Assembly: GCA_964597045.1 (NCBI GenBank)
Contig: CAZQWE010000002.1
Coordinates: forward strand, 181,175 to 245,174
From: an uncultured Alphaproteobacteria bacterium
GTDB taxonomy: Bacteria > Pseudomonadota > Alphaproteobacteria > UBA9655
Direction of reading: 5' to 3'
DNA: 64,000 nt
In this document: one piece after another, positions 16,876-26,543 of the stretch
Position numbering within the stretch: position 1 is the stretch's first letter
Layout of the letters: every line of letters starts with the position of its first letter
Notes under the pieces: model-generated
What the model was told of the DNA's origin: nothing
Seen by the model: the letters and a program-made list of their open reading frames with translations, nothing else
Database searches by the model: none
Program-made: the position numbers and the translations under genes

Positions 16876-19557
16876 ATGAAATATATTTATCCTTTCCTTT
16901 TATCAACATTTTTAATTTATTCAAACGATGCCTTCGCAATGAAGGGGAGAAACCCTGTAGAAACTTCGGATCAGAAAAAAGCTAAGAACCAGAATAGATT
17001 AGATGTGTTTCTTCAAGAACTTGAAGAAGGATGTCCTAAATTATTAAAAGAAGCTGAAGCTCTCATTCCCATACTAGGTGAAAGAGAAAGAGAGAGTATC
17101 GAATCTTCAAAAGGGGCAATACAGAAATTCTATGAAAAAACCAAAGATGCTATTCACGCTTGTCGAACTGCTCCTTCTGCTGCTCAGGATCCCTGTTTCG
17201 TATCCTATTTGACTTACTTTCCACTTAGAGAAACCTTAGTTGTTGCAATAAACAAGAACACTCATACAGAAGTACGACAATATTTTTCTAATATGTTTAA
17301 TTATATCAATCAATATGAAGAACATTTAAGCCCTCAGGAGATGTTCTATTTTCTTACACACGTATGTGAAGGCGAGTCCATTCAATGGGATCCAAACTTT
17401 GCTTGGTCGAAAATACTTCAATTAAAAAGATTTTCACTAGCTTGTCTTGAAGCAACTAAATTGGATGATTTAGATATCTCTCGTACTTTCAAACAAGGCT
17501 TTGGCCTCTTTTTTGATAAATTTAAGAAACAATTGAACACCATTCCAGATGACCTCTTAAGTCAGTGTGCAGCAAGAAACCTGAATCCGAGTAATGATAT
17601 CTTAAAATCGATCCAATTGATCAATTCTTTCTTAACGACAGTTTGTGGAATTAGTGCGACTTCTTTACTTCTTACACAAAAACAACCCGAAATATGTTTC
17701 CCTGTAAATCAAATCTTCAATATCGATGGTAAGATGTACCAACTCCCACAAGATGAGATTGCCAGAAATATGACCCGTGCCAAAAACATGTGGAAACATG
17801 TCGTTTGGACTATTGAACCTCTTGAGCAATTTCAATTGTACTTGCAAAATCCATTGAGACAAGAAAAGCCTAAATCTGCTGTTATGCTGAAAAAGTTAAC
17901 TTTAGGTGAAGTATACAAAGCCGAACTCAAGAAGAGCCATGATGATTTATGGCATACTGAAAGAGCCGTGCAGAAAATGGAACTCCCAGTAAAATACAAA
18001 GAAAACGTAAACGCTTTGTTTAGTAAATGCTTTGCATCTATGCGCTATGCCGTCAATGGAATTTACAAAGCTACAACTCATAGTTCTACAAATTTGGAAA
18101 TTGATAGCAGTACTCTGATCCCATATTGCGTCCAATTCCCTCTACGTAAGGGACTGCATGAAGTGCTTGCAACTGAAGACTTATCAGAAATACATGAACA
18201 TGCTCAAAAGGCGTTAGATGCTCTGGGTATTTTTGAGAGGTATTCTTCAAACGAGACTGAGTTCCTTATCAAGAATTTAGACATCCAGCTCACATCGAAT
18301 AAAAATCCATTTGTGCCTGTATATGAAATTCGTTTTAATGCACGTAAAGCCATCGTAAATTTGAGAGCCAAAGCAAGGAACCTATACCTCATAGCTGACC
18401 ATATAAGACTTGATAAACTTCATTTGCCCAAAGAATACGAGTCACGTCTTGCAACTAAGCTTAAGGAAATGAAAGACAAAGTTTTAAAGATAAGTTTCAT
18501 GAAATTCGGAGCCAAGTTCTGGCAAGATCCAGCCTGGAAAACAACTTCTCTTGATCTAGCGTCGGAAAAAACTACAGAGTTTTTGAGAATCCAACCAAAA
18601 CTCCAAGAAATCGTTGGCATTATTAGTGAAGCTACTCCGAATATTTTAAATCCTCTTTTTGTTCCTATCTTTAAGGATGACTATGGCACCTTACTCTTAA
18701 CTCTTGCTGAAGCAACCGAAAGACTCCCCTTATGGGATCAGATGTGTATGTCCATGCCAGTAAATAAACCTGCTTTTAAAGAACCGGTCCAAAAGAAAGA
18801 AGTGAAAAAGAAGAAGAAACAACAACCTGTTAGAACACCACAGCACAAACCTAAGGAAACCAAAAAGGGTTCTTTACTCACACAAGAAACTCCAACGGTA
18901 TTAGAGACTGAACCTGCGCTTCAACCTTCTAAATTAGCAGCGGTTGAACCAGCATCAATCTCTTCAGCTGTACAGCCAAAAACAGAAGTATCAGTCGTGT
19001 CTGAGATTGAAACACCTCAAAAGCCGCGGGAAGAATTGATTGTATGGCTTCAGGATATTATGAAGCAATCAGCAGTCGATAAGGAGAAGTGTTTCCATAT
19101 CTTTGGAAGAGCTTATGCCCTCTCCCGACAATTGTCACAACATCCTGATCTGTTTGAAACGGAGGAATCCTTAAGACCTCTTCAAGATATAGCACAAGGC
19201 CTTTGTGATCAAATGTCTCACATTCAAAAAAAATCTAAAGTCATAAAGAAGGAAAGAATCGCTGTGCCCTTTAGAGCTCTTCCCCTTTACTTGTCTTTTA
19301 TGGAGTCCAGTGTATCCGACCTTGTTGGAATTCGATTTGGCCGTGTGAGAACGCTCTTTGAAAGTCTTGGCATTAAGATTGATACATCTCGTGCGGGTTC
19401 AAGAGTGCATTTTGAGTATGGAAACCATGCAACCTCAATCCATATCCATGATAAGCATGATGAGCCGTTAGAAGGTGGCAGAATCTCCTCACTTCGTAAG
19501 TTCCTATGGGAAATTGGGTTTACGACGGATGATGGAGATGAAGAAGATGATCAGTAA
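16876..19557 (+). CDS. secreted orphan protein, paralog B: signal peptide, divergent helical body, Lys-rich linker, conserved C-terminal HicA-like module
   Basis: Signal peptide MKYIYPFLLSTFLIYSNDAFA (ATG at 16876). The upstream 30 nt also resemble those of paralog A. The duplication period is 2830 nt at the start codons. Confidence 0.7.
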   Translation: MKYIYPFLLSTFLIYSNDAFAMKGRNPVETSDQKKAKNQNRLDVFLQELEEGCPKLLKEAEALIPILGERERESIESSKGAIQKFYEKTKDAIHACRTAPSAAQDPCFVSYLTYFPLRETLVVAINKNTHTEVRQYFSNMFNYINQYEEHLSPQEMFYFLTHVCEGESIQWDPNFAWSKILQLKRFSLACLEATKLDDLDISRTFKQGFGLFFDKFKKQLNTIPDDLLSQCAARNLNPSNDILKSIQLINSFLTTVCGISATSLLLTQKQPEICFPVNQIFNIDGKMYQLPQDEIARNMTRAKNMWKHVVWTIEPLEQFQLYLQNPLRQEKPKSAVMLKKLTLGEVYKAELKKSHDDLWHTERAVQKMELPVKYKENVNALFSKCFASMRYAVNGIYKATTHSSTNLEIDSSTLIPYCVQFPLRKGLHEVLATEDLSEIHEHAQKALDALGIFERYSSNETEFLIKNLDIQLTSNKNPFVPVYEIRFNARKAIVNLRAKARNLYLIADHIRLDKLHLPKEYESRLATKLKEMKDKVLKISFMKFGAKFWQDPAWKTTSLDLASEKTTEFLRIQPKLQEIVGIISEATPNILNPLFVPIFKDDYGTLLLTLAEATERLPLWDQMCMSMPVNKPAFKEPVQKKEVKKKKKQQPVRTPQHKPKETKKGSLLTQETPTVLETEPALQPSKLAAVEPASISSAVQPKTEVSVVSEIETPQKPREELIVWLQDIMKQSAVDKEKCFHIFGRAYALSRQLSQHPDLFETEESLRPLQDIAQGLCDQMSHIQKKSKVIKKERIAVPFRALPLYLSFMESSVSDLVGIRFGRVRTLFESLGIKIDTSRAGSRVHFEYGNHATSIHIHDKHDEPLEGGRISSLRKFLWEIGFTTDDGDEEDDQ
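19231..19544 (+). repeat. near-identical 3' tract of paralog B (copy 2 of 2)
   Basis: Same alignment as 16470-16783. Confidence 0.9.
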
Positions 19558-19620
19558 TCAGGTAAAAATGCGACAACCGTGCAAGTAAAGAGAAACAAAC
19601 AACAAGTGCTCAGCTCTTAT

Positions 19621-19647
19621 TCTGATAACTGATCACTGATTACTGGC
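19621..19647 (+). repeat. dispersed short repeat, copy A (TCTGATAACTGATCACTGATTACTGGC)
   Basis: The same ~24-27 nt motif recurs at 32449-32475 and 53498-53520. This copy contains the hscA stop codon and last three codons on the opposite strand. Confidence 0.7.
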
Positions 19648-21102
19648 GACAGCGGCGGCGGTAACTGCCGCCCGTCTCTCCATATCCTCCCGCCCGTGGC
19701 GTTGGCTTTCAAGAATCATTTGGGAAAGAAGCTCGTCACTTAAGCCATAGGTCGGACGGACTTCGATATGCTGGAAATGACCCGTTGTTTGCTCAATCGC
19801 ACTCACCGTGAGAAGACCTTCCACATCCACGGCAAAGTCAACACGGACGCGGGGCACACCTGCAGGAAGATTCGGAAGTCCTTTGAGTTCAAATTGAGCT
19901 AACGACCTGCAGTCTCCCGCGAACTCCCTCTCCCCTTGAACCACATGAAATATCATTCCCCCTTGCCCATCTTCATGGGTTGTAAACTCTTGGGAAGCCA
20001 AGGCTGGCAAGGGAGCATTCCGATGAATAATCTTCTCAACAAGTCCCCCCATGGTCTCAAGACCGAGTGATAAAGGGGTTACATCCACAAGAAGGGTATC
20101 GGACCCATGAGTTAATGAATGGGCCGAAAGAGCAGCACCGAGTGCCACAGCATGATCAGGATCAATATTACAAAGAGGTTCTTTCTTAAACAAAGCAGCA
20201 ACCTCCTCCCTCACCAAGGGCATCACTGTCATCCCACCGACAAGAACAACGCCTTTAACCTCATCAGGAGTCATGCCTGCATCCCTTAAAACACCTTCTG
20301 TAATCTTAAGGGTTTGTTTAATGAAAGGTGCGGCAATCTCTTCTACAGCTTCCCGTTTGACATGCTCAAATTCATCCCTATCTGACAGAGCTTCCTTAAG
20401 CTCTCTTCCCTTTCGGGTGTCTGTAAATCCGAAGCTTTCCACAATCGCACGATCAATATCATCTCCCCCGAGTGTTAAATCACCGCCTGTTGCCAAGACT
20501 TGAAAAACACCCTTTTCAAGATTGAGCAGAGAGAGATCAAAGGTTCCCCCTCCAAAGTCATACACTGCATAGATTCCTTCAACCCCAGCCTCAAGACCGT
20601 AAGCCAGGGCAGCAGCTGTTGGTTCATTAATTAACCGTAAGACTTTTATGCCAGCGAGAGCTGCCGCTTGCTTTGTTGCAACCCTTGCAGCTTCATCAAA
20701 ATGAGCAGGTACGGTGATCACAGCTGAATCAAAGGAATAAAGATGTTTTAAATGAGCGAGTATATGCCCCGCAACTTCTACAGGCGTAATCCCATAGGAT
20801 CCCATCTGAAACCTTAAAATATCCCCTGGAATAAGGTTATTAAAGTGCTTACAAATGGGATCAGATGGGATTTTGCCCATTAATCTTTTTGTAGAACTTA
20901 GATACTCTCCATGGGGTTCACCCACAACATATCCTGAGTCTAGTAAGCTCAAAATAGAGGGTAAAAGAGGACCTAATATTTGTGGTTTTCCATTAATGAC
21001 TTGCGCCACAACCGAATGGGTTGTCCCGAGATCAATGCCCACAACTTTTTCAAAAGAAGTTTGCGTTTGTCCAGGCTCAGCAATTTGAAGAAGATTTGTC
21101 AT
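19633..21102 (-). CDS. hscA: Fe-S cluster chaperone HscA (Hsp70 family), short form lacking most of the helical lid
   Basis: N-terminus LLQIAEPG...[13 protein letters not shown]. Also [19 protein letters not shown], the substrate-binding domain [17 protein letters not shown], and YGLSDEL. The protein is 489 aa and ends about 30 aa after the start of the lid. Confidence 0.9.
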   Translation of the reverse strand: MTNLLQIAEPGQTQTSFEKVVGIDLGTTHSVVAQVINGKPQILGPLLPSILSLLDSGYVVGEPHGEYLSSTKRLMGKIPSDPICKHFNNLIPGDILRFQMGSYGITPVEVAGHILAHLKHLYSFDSAVITVPAHFDEAARVATKQAAALAGIKVLRLINEPTAAALAYGLEAGVEGIYAVYDFGGGTFDLSLLNLEKGVFQVLATGGDLTLGGDDIDRAIVESFGFTDTRKGRELKEALSDRDEFEHVKREAVEEIAAPFIKQTLKITEGVLRDAGMTPDEVKGVVLVGGMTVMPLVREEVAALFKKEPLCNIDPDHAVALGAALSAHSLTHGSDTLLVDVTPLSLGLETMGGLVEKIIHRNAPLPALASQEFTTHEDGQGGMIFHVVQGEREFAGDCRSLAQFELKGLPNLPAGVPRVRVDFAVDVEGLLTVSAIEQTTGHFQHIEVRPTYGLSDELLSQMILESQRHGREDMERRAAVTAAAVASNQ

Positions 21103-21557
21103 ACCTTTTCTCCAATAGTAATCAATAGGTTACGGACATATGTAAGACGGTAAAGAGCAATCTTAGCTTTTTTGTAATCAGTCTCCTGAAAAGCATTCGT
21201 GAGACTTTCAAGAAGATCTTTTTCTTCATGATGAAGTTCCTTTTTGATATCTTCACCTTCTTCAAGCTTTTCATTCCAAAGCATTACGTCACCTAGATAG
21301 ACAGGATCATGGGACAGAGGTTTTTCACCCGCACTCTTCAGTAAAAACATACCCCGGTTGATGGGATCTTTAAGGATTCCATAAGCTTTATTGGCTTCCC
21401 CTGCCCGCCTCAACACCTCACTTTTGGTGCTCATATCCACACCTACAAAGCGATCGGGATGGGCCGATTTTAACACTTTAAAATAATGTTGATTCAAGAT
21501 CTTAGGATCAATCTCGAAGGTCTTATCTAACCCAAGGGTTTCGTAGGGGTCAAACAT
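21099..21557 (-). CDS. hscB: Fe-S cluster co-chaperone HscB (J-domain)
   Basis: [10 protein letters not shown]...HPDRF J-domain. The start is set at the ATG at 21557. The longer ORF-track N-terminus (to 21791) runs through iscA in another frame. Confidence 0.85.
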   Translation of the reverse strand: MFDPYETLGLDKTFEIDPKILNQHYFKVLKSAHPDRFVGVDMSTKSEVLRRAGEANKAYGILKDPINRGMFLLKSAGEKPLSHDPVYLGDVMLWNEKLEEGEDIKKELHHEEKDLLESLTNAFQETDYKKAKIALYRLTYVRNLLITIGEKV

Positions 21558-21876
21558 GGAAGGACTCTCCACAACCGCACCGACCCTTTTCATTTGGATT
21601 ATTAAAAACAAATCCAGAGGAAAGCTTATCTTCCGCATAGTCCATTTCGGATCCAAGGATAAACATAACAGCTTTCGGATCAACGAGAACTTTGACGCCA
21701 TGACTGTCAATGACTTCATCATAAGGCCCCGCCTCATCTGCAAACTCAAGGGTATAGGACAGGCCATTGCATCCTTTAGATTTAATACCAATGCGAATGC
21801 CGAAGGAGGGTTTTCCGCGGCCCTCCAGCAATGCCTTGACGCGCTCTGCTGCTGATTCAGTAAGGGTGAGGATCAT
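21550..21876 (-). CDS. iscA: iron-sulfur cluster assembly protein IscA (HesB family)
   Basis: GCNGLSY ... [10 protein letters not shown]-terminal cysteine motif. 108 aa. Position between iscU and hscB. Confidence 0.9.
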   Translation of the reverse strand: MILTLTESAAERVKALLEGRGKPSFGIRIGIKSKGCNGLSYTLEFADEAGPYDEVIDSHGVKVLVDPKAVMFILGSEMDYAEDKLSSGFVFNNPNEKGRCGCGESFHV

Positions 21877-22253
21877 GCGTGTTTCTCTTTATAATCCTTA
21901 ATGGCAGCCCGAATAGCATCTTCAGCAAGCATTGAACAATGGATTTTCACGGGAGGCAAAGACAGGTGGCGTGCGATTTCTGTATTACGGATTTCCCCCG
22001 CCTCATCCAAAGTCTTACCCTTGATCCATTCTGTAATCAAAGAACTTGAGGCAATGGCTGAGCCGCACCCAAATGTTTTAAATTTTGCATCTTCAATAAC
22101 CCCTTGATCACTCACCTTAATTTGAAGTTTCATGACATCCCCGCATGCAGGAGCTCCTACAAGCCCTGTTCCAACGGATGCGTCCTTAGGATCAAGTGTA
22201 CCCACATTTCTTGGATTTTCATAATGATCAACAACTTTATCTGAATAGGCCAC
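21873..22253 (-). CDS. iscU: Fe-S cluster scaffold IscU
   Basis: YSDKVVDHYENPRNVG, GAPACGDVMKLQI, FKTFGCGSAIASSS and LPPVKIHCSMLA. GTG start at 22253 with GAGAGGAAAG upstream. The longer ORF-track start would overlap iscS. Confidence 0.9.
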   Translation of the reverse strand: MAYSDKVVDHYENPRNVGTLDPKDASVGTGLVGAPACGDVMKLQIKVSDQGVIEDAKFKTFGCGSAIASSSLITEWIKGKTLDEAGEIRNTEIARHLSLPPVKIHCSMLAEDAIRAAIKDYKEKHA

Positions 22254-22267
22254 GATTCTTTCCTCTC

Positions 22268-23482
22268 TTAATGTTCCGCCCACTGAATGGAGCGAATGTC
22301 TATACCTTGACGACTCATCTCCCACAAAGGACTCATGTCACGTAATCGGTTAACTTCCTTAATAATTTTCTGGGCTGCAATATCAACTTCTTCTTCCGTG
22401 GTGAATCGACCAAACCCGATACGGAGCGAGGTATGAGCCATCTCTTCCTCTACACCTAAAGCTCTTAGAACATAGGACGGCTCCAGAGAAGCCGATGTAC
22501 AGGCTGAGCCAGAAGAAACAGCCAGCTCCTTTATTCCCATCATGAGTCCTTCTCCTTCAACATGAGCAAAGCTCAAGTTAAGATTTCCAGGAATCCTCTT
22601 GTTCCCATCCCCATTCAAATAGACTTCGTCTAAAGCCTCTTTGATATGATTATGAAACCTTTCCGCTAAGGTTTTGATTCGTTCTGCTTCAGCTCCCATT
22701 TCTTTTTGGGCAATGGCACACGCTTCTCCTAGGCCAACACAAAGAGGGGGAGATAATGTCCCTGATCGCATTCCACGCTCTTGTCCTCCTCCATTGATGA
22801 GGGATTGCAATCGAATCCGTGGTTTCCGTCGCACATAAAGGGCTCCAATTCCCTTTGGCCCATAAATCTTATGACCAGAAATACTGAGAAGATCTATGTT
22901 CATAGCTTCAACATCAAGAGGAATTTTTCCCACAGCTTGAGCTGCATCCGTATGAAAAAACACCCCTTTTTCGTGGCACATTTTTCCAATCTTTTCAATG
23001 GGTTGAATGACACCAATTTCATTATTAACAACCATAATTGAAACAAGAACTGTCCGATCTGTGATGGCTGCATTCAAGGTTTCTAAATCAATGAGTCCGT
23101 CTTTGTTCACGGGCAAATAGGTTACCTTAAACCCTTCCTGTTCAAGATGGCGACAACTATCGAGCACACACTTATGTTCCGTTGCACACGTTATGATGTG
23201 ATCCTTATCAGCCTTATAAAAGTGAGCCACACCTTTGATGGCTAAGTTATTTGATTCTGTCGCGCCGCTTGTAAAGATGACTTCTCGAGGATCAGCATGA
23301 ATAAGTTCAGCGACCTGAGCTCTTGCCTTCTCGACGGCTTGTTCGGCAACCCAACCAAAGGCATGATTACGAGAATGAGGATTGCCATACTCTTCCGTAA
23401 AATACGGCAACATGGCCTGCAGAACTCTAGGGTCACAAGGTGTTGTGGCTTGATAATCAAGATAAATTGGACGCGAAACCAT
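22268..23482 (-). CDS. iscS: cysteine desulfurase IscS
   Basis: 404 aa class V aminotransferase. [12 protein letters not shown] (PLP lysine) and SSGSACTS active-site loop. C-terminal tail typical of IscS. Confidence 0.9.
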   Translation of the reverse strand: MVSRPIYLDYQATTPCDPRVLQAMLPYFTEEYGNPHSRNHAFGWVAEQAVEKARAQVAELIHADPREVIFTSGATESNNLAIKGVAHFYKADKDHIITCATEHKCVLDSCRHLEQEGFKVTYLPVNKDGLIDLETLNAAITDRTVLVSIMVVNNEIGVIQPIEKIGKMCHEKGVFFHTDAAQAVGKIPLDVEAMNIDLLSISGHKIYGPKGIGALYVRRKPRIRLQSLINGGGQERGMRSGTLSPPLCVGLGEACAIAQKEMGAEAERIKTLAERFHNHIKEALDEVYLNGDGNKRIPGNLNLSFAHVEGEGLMMGIKELAVSSGSACTSASLEPSYVLRALGVEEEMAHTSLRIGFGRFTTEEEVDIAAQKIIKEVNRLRDMSPLWEMSRQGIDIRSIQWAEH

Positions 23483-24561
23483 TAAGAAACATCCCTCATT
23501 TTTTGAGAACTATAAATCGTCTTCCATGCCTTGATGAAAGCATCGATATCACTTGCTTGTGTTGCCCATCCAAAGCTCACACGAATGGCACATCTTGCTT
23601 CATCATAGGGAACACCCATTGATGTTAAGACATGGGATACTTTCATTTTACCGGATGAACAAGCTGACCCTGCACTAATCGCAATATTTTCAATATCAAA
23701 AGCAATAATTTGCAGTTCCGTTGGAACACCTGGCATCCCAAGGCAAGAGACATGAGGTGTGCGGTGTGCACCACTGCCAAATACCCTCGCTTCAGGGAGA
23801 GAGTTTTCAATATGAGATTGAAAAACTCTTAATCTCTCTTGATCTTCATTAATTGCGACTTTTAAGGCTTCTGTGAAACCGAGGATGAGTGGGGTTGAAA
23901 GTGTTCCTGAACGCATTCCATACTCTTGACCTCCCCCCGGTATTATGGGTTCAAGATGAATATTATCCTTCATGACAATTGCACCAACCCCAACAGGCCC
24001 CCCACACTTGTGTGAGGAAAGCGTCATAAGATCCACATCATAGGTGTCAAATGAAATCGGTACATGGCCCACAGCTTGTGTCGCATCCGTATGAACCGTC
24101 CACCCTTTTGCATGAGCAAGACGTGTAGCTTCTGCCAAAGGTTGTATGACACCAGTCTCATTATTAACGAGCATTACAGAGAGTAAACCAGGCTTTTCAA
24201 AACTGTTTAGAAGCATTTCTAAGGCATCAAGATCCACGATACCCTTTCCATTCACAGGAATAATGTGAGGGTTAGATACAGATTTCTGAACGGAATCGTG
24301 TTCAATCGCTGAAGTCAAAACAGGTAAATTGAGACCTCTTAACGCGAGCACATTCGCTTCCGTTCCACCACCTGTAAAGATGACTCGATCCCCTTTTGTT
24401 ATCTCTAGAATCTGTGCCCTTGCATCATCAATTCGTGATCGTAACCTTCGTCCTAAACCATGCGGGGAGGACGGGTTACCAAGCAAATCTAGAGCATGAA
24501 TGATTGCTTCTTTGGCCTCCGGCCTTAAAGGTGTAGAGGCATTATAATCGAGATATATCAC
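23482..24561 (-). CDS. second cysteine desulfurase (NifS-like paralog)
   Basis: 359 aa. [10 protein letters not shown] (PLP lysine) and SAGSACSSG. One-nt overlap with the iscS start and 4-nt overlap with the iscR stop. This tandem arrangement is known from Rickettsiales. Confidence 0.85.
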   Translation of the reverse strand: MIYLDYNASTPLRPEAKEAIIHALDLLGNPSSPHGLGRRLRSRIDDARAQILEITKGDRVIFTGGGTEANVLALRGLNLPVLTSAIEHDSVQKSVSNPHIIPVNGKGIVDLDALEMLLNSFEKPGLLSVMLVNNETGVIQPLAEATRLAHAKGWTVHTDATQAVGHVPISFDTYDVDLMTLSSHKCGGPVGVGAIVMKDNIHLEPIIPGGGQEYGMRSGTLSTPLILGFTEALKVAINEDQERLRVFQSHIENSLPEARVFGSGAHRTPHVSCLGMPGVPTELQIIAFDIENIAISAGSACSSGKMKVSHVLTSMGVPYDEARCAIRVSFGWATQASDIDAFIKAWKTIYSSQKMRDVS

Positions 24562-24980
24562 GACACCCTCCTTTCACATACATCTGATAGGGAAATGCCA
24601 CTCAGATATTGGTGCATCTTTTGTCCTAACCCGGCCCAAAGATCATGGGTTAAACACTTTGCTTTGAGCCCAAGACAACCATTAACTTGTTTTTCGCCAC
24701 AGCGAGTCGTTTTAATGGGCTCGCCAATAGCTTCAAGAATATCCGCAATGCGAATGTCATCTGCCTCTCGCGCCAGCTTATAGCCGCCTTGCTGACCACG
24801 AATACTGGTGACCATGCCATTCTTACGTAAAGTTGAAAAGAGCTGCTCGAGGTATGGAACAGGGAGCGATTGCCTACGGGCAATCTCAGTAATTGCAAGA
24901 GGCTTGTCCTTCCCATAATAGGCGAGGTCAACAAGCGCCATAACCGCATATCTTCCTTTTGTTCCAAGTTTCACAAGCAT
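24558..24980 (-). CDS. iscR: Rrf2-family Fe-S cluster regulator IscR
   Basis: Rrf2 N-terminal wHTH (KGRYAVMALVDLA...ITEIARRQSLPVPYLEQLFSTLRKNGMV). Cys ligands (C...C....C). First gene of the isc operon. Confidence 0.85.
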   Translation of the reverse strand: MLVKLGTKGRYAVMALVDLAYYGKDKPLAITEIARRQSLPVPYLEQLFSTLRKNGMVTSIRGQQGGYKLAREADDIRIADILEAIGEPIKTTRCGEKQVNGCLGLKAKCLTHDLWAGLGQKMHQYLSGISLSDVCERRVS

Positions 24981-25005
24981 CTCCTTTTATATTTATATTT
25001 CTACG

Positions 25006-25030
25006 ATTCCTGACTAAAATAGTCAAGTAT
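25006..25030 (-). promoter_or_regulatory. IscR type-1 operator upstream of iscR
   Basis: ATTCCTGACTAAAATAGTCAAGTAT matches the E. coli type-1 consensus ATASYYGACTRWWWYAGTCRRSTAT at 24 of 25 positions. It lies 26-50 nt upstream of the iscR start codon. Confidence 0.7.
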
Positions 25031-25107
25031 GAAAGACCTTGCTCCTTTGTAAGGAGTCTTTTAAAAAGTAAATTCAACGCCGCATGAAATTTAGAAGGGG
25101 GTTAAGT

Positions 25108-25893
25108 ATGTTACGAATAGCTGTTGCAGGCTGTACAGGACGAATGGGTCGCGTTCTTCTCAAGGAGATTAACCTGAATCCTGAAACAGAAATAGTTGGA
25201 GCCATTACGCGCCCTAAACAACTTCTTGTTGGACAAGACATTGGCCCCCTTATTGGAGAGCCTCCTTTAAATATCCTCATCACAGATATCCCTGAATTGG
25301 CACTTAAGACCGCGCAAGTTCTCATAGACTTTAGTAAGCCTGAGGGGCTTCATTCCCATCTCATGTCAGCCATCAACCACAGAACTCCTTATGTTGTTTG
25401 TATGACGGGAGTGAGTGACGAGCAGTTCAAAAGCTTAGAGGCGGCGTCAAAACAGATCCCTGTTATGGTTGCTCCCAATACGAGCCTAGGCATTGCAGTC
25501 CTTCGTAAGCTTTCACTGGCAGCCGCCGAGGTCTTAGGACCTTCATATGATATCAGTCTTCTAGAAATGCATCATAAGGATAAGACTGATGCCCCCTCAG
25601 GCACAGCCCTTTCGATCGCTAAATCTTTAACGTCACTTGAGTGGCTTAAACATAATAAACCTCCCTACCCCTCCAAATCTCCCCGAGAAAAGGACAGCTT
25701 GGAAATTGCTGTTCTGCGGGGAGGTGGCGTCGCTGCTGATCTTGATGTTCTCTTTAGTGGGGAATCTGAGCTTCTGAAAATCGAACATAGAGCCTTGAAC
25801 CGAAATGTTTTTGCACATGGTGCGATCAAAGCTGCGGAATGGCTCAAGGGTAAACCAACTGGCCTTTATACAATGGATGATGTTGTTTTATGA
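25108..25893 (+). CDS. dapB: 4-hydroxy-tetrahydrodipicolinate reductase
   Basis: MLRIAVAGCTGRMG Rossmann start (ATG at 25108 preceded by AAGGGGG). EMHHKDKTDAPSGTA motif. Confidence 0.9.
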   Translation: MLRIAVAGCTGRMGRVLLKEINLNPETEIVGAITRPKQLLVGQDIGPLIGEPPLNILITDIPELALKTAQVLIDFSKPEGLHSHLMSAINHRTPYVVCMTGVSDEQFKSLEAASKQIPVMVAPNTSLGIAVLRKLSLAAAEVLGPSYDISLLEMHHKDKTDAPSGTALSIAKSLTSLEWLKHNKPPYPSKSPREKDSLEIAVLRGGGVAADLDVLFSGESELLKIEHRALNRNVFAHGAIKAAEWLKGKPTGLYTMDDVVL

Positions 25894-26543
25894 CAAAACT
25901 CATGACGTCTTCCGAAATAGAACGTTTCTTCGAACACCTTGACGCCGCCAATCCTGAACCCAAAGGTGAGCTCTATTCAACAAACACATACACTTTATTG
26001 GTAGCTGTTGTTCTCTCTGCCCAAGCAACCGATAAGGGCGTAAACAAAGCAACACCTGCCTTATTTGCTGTGGCTGACACGCCTCAAAAAATGCTGAATC
26101 TCGGGGAAGAGAATCTTAAAAATTATATCAACACTATAGGTCTCTATAACTCAAAGGGCCGCAATATTATGGGTCTTTCTCAGAAACTCATTGAATCCTT
26201 TGGAGGAGAAGTCCCTTCAAACATAGAAGACTTAATTACCCTGCCTGGAGTTGGGCGTAAAACAGCCAATGTTGTCTTGAATGGCGCCTTTGGAGAGGCC
26301 GTTATCGCCGTTGACACCCACATCTTTAGAGTGTCAAACCGAACTGGTCTTGCGCCGGGCAAAACACCCCATGACGTTGAAAAGCAGCTCATGAAAAGAA
26401 TTCCAGTTAAATGGATTAAACGCGCCCATCATTGGCTTGTTCTTCACGGTCGCTATATTTGCAAGGCAAGACAACCACTGTGTCCAACCTGTCCCGTTCA
26501 AAACGAATGTCATTACCCTTATAAAACAACAGCAAATCCATGA
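25890..26543 (+). CDS. nth: endonuclease III
   Basis: HhH-GPD motif LPGVGRKTANVVL. C-terminal 4Fe-4S cluster loop CKARQPLCPTCPVQNEC. Confidence 0.95.
   Translation: MTKLMTSSEIERFFEHLDAANPEPKGELYSTNTYTLLVAVVLSAQATDKGVNKATPALFAVADTPQKMLNLGEENLKNYINTIGLYNSKGRNIMGLSQKLIESFGGEVPSNIEDLITLPGVGRKTANVVLNGAFGEAVIAVDTHIFRVSNRTGLAPGKTPHDVEKQLMKRIPVKWIKRAHHWLVLHGRYICKARQPLCPTCPVQNECHYPYKTTANP

Noticed and set aside
4703-19557. Calling the T6SS/paralog region a mobile genomic island
   Set aside because: The window shows no integrase, transposase, flanking direct repeats or tRNA at either border. Only the indirect hscA truncation and repeat evidence exists, and that is reported as a finding instead.
21558-21791. 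Long N-terminal extension of the hscB ORF (ORF-track start at 21791)
   Set aside because: The extension overlaps iscA in another frame and has no J-domain similarity. The J-domain begins at the Met encoded at 21557 ([10 protein letters not shown]).
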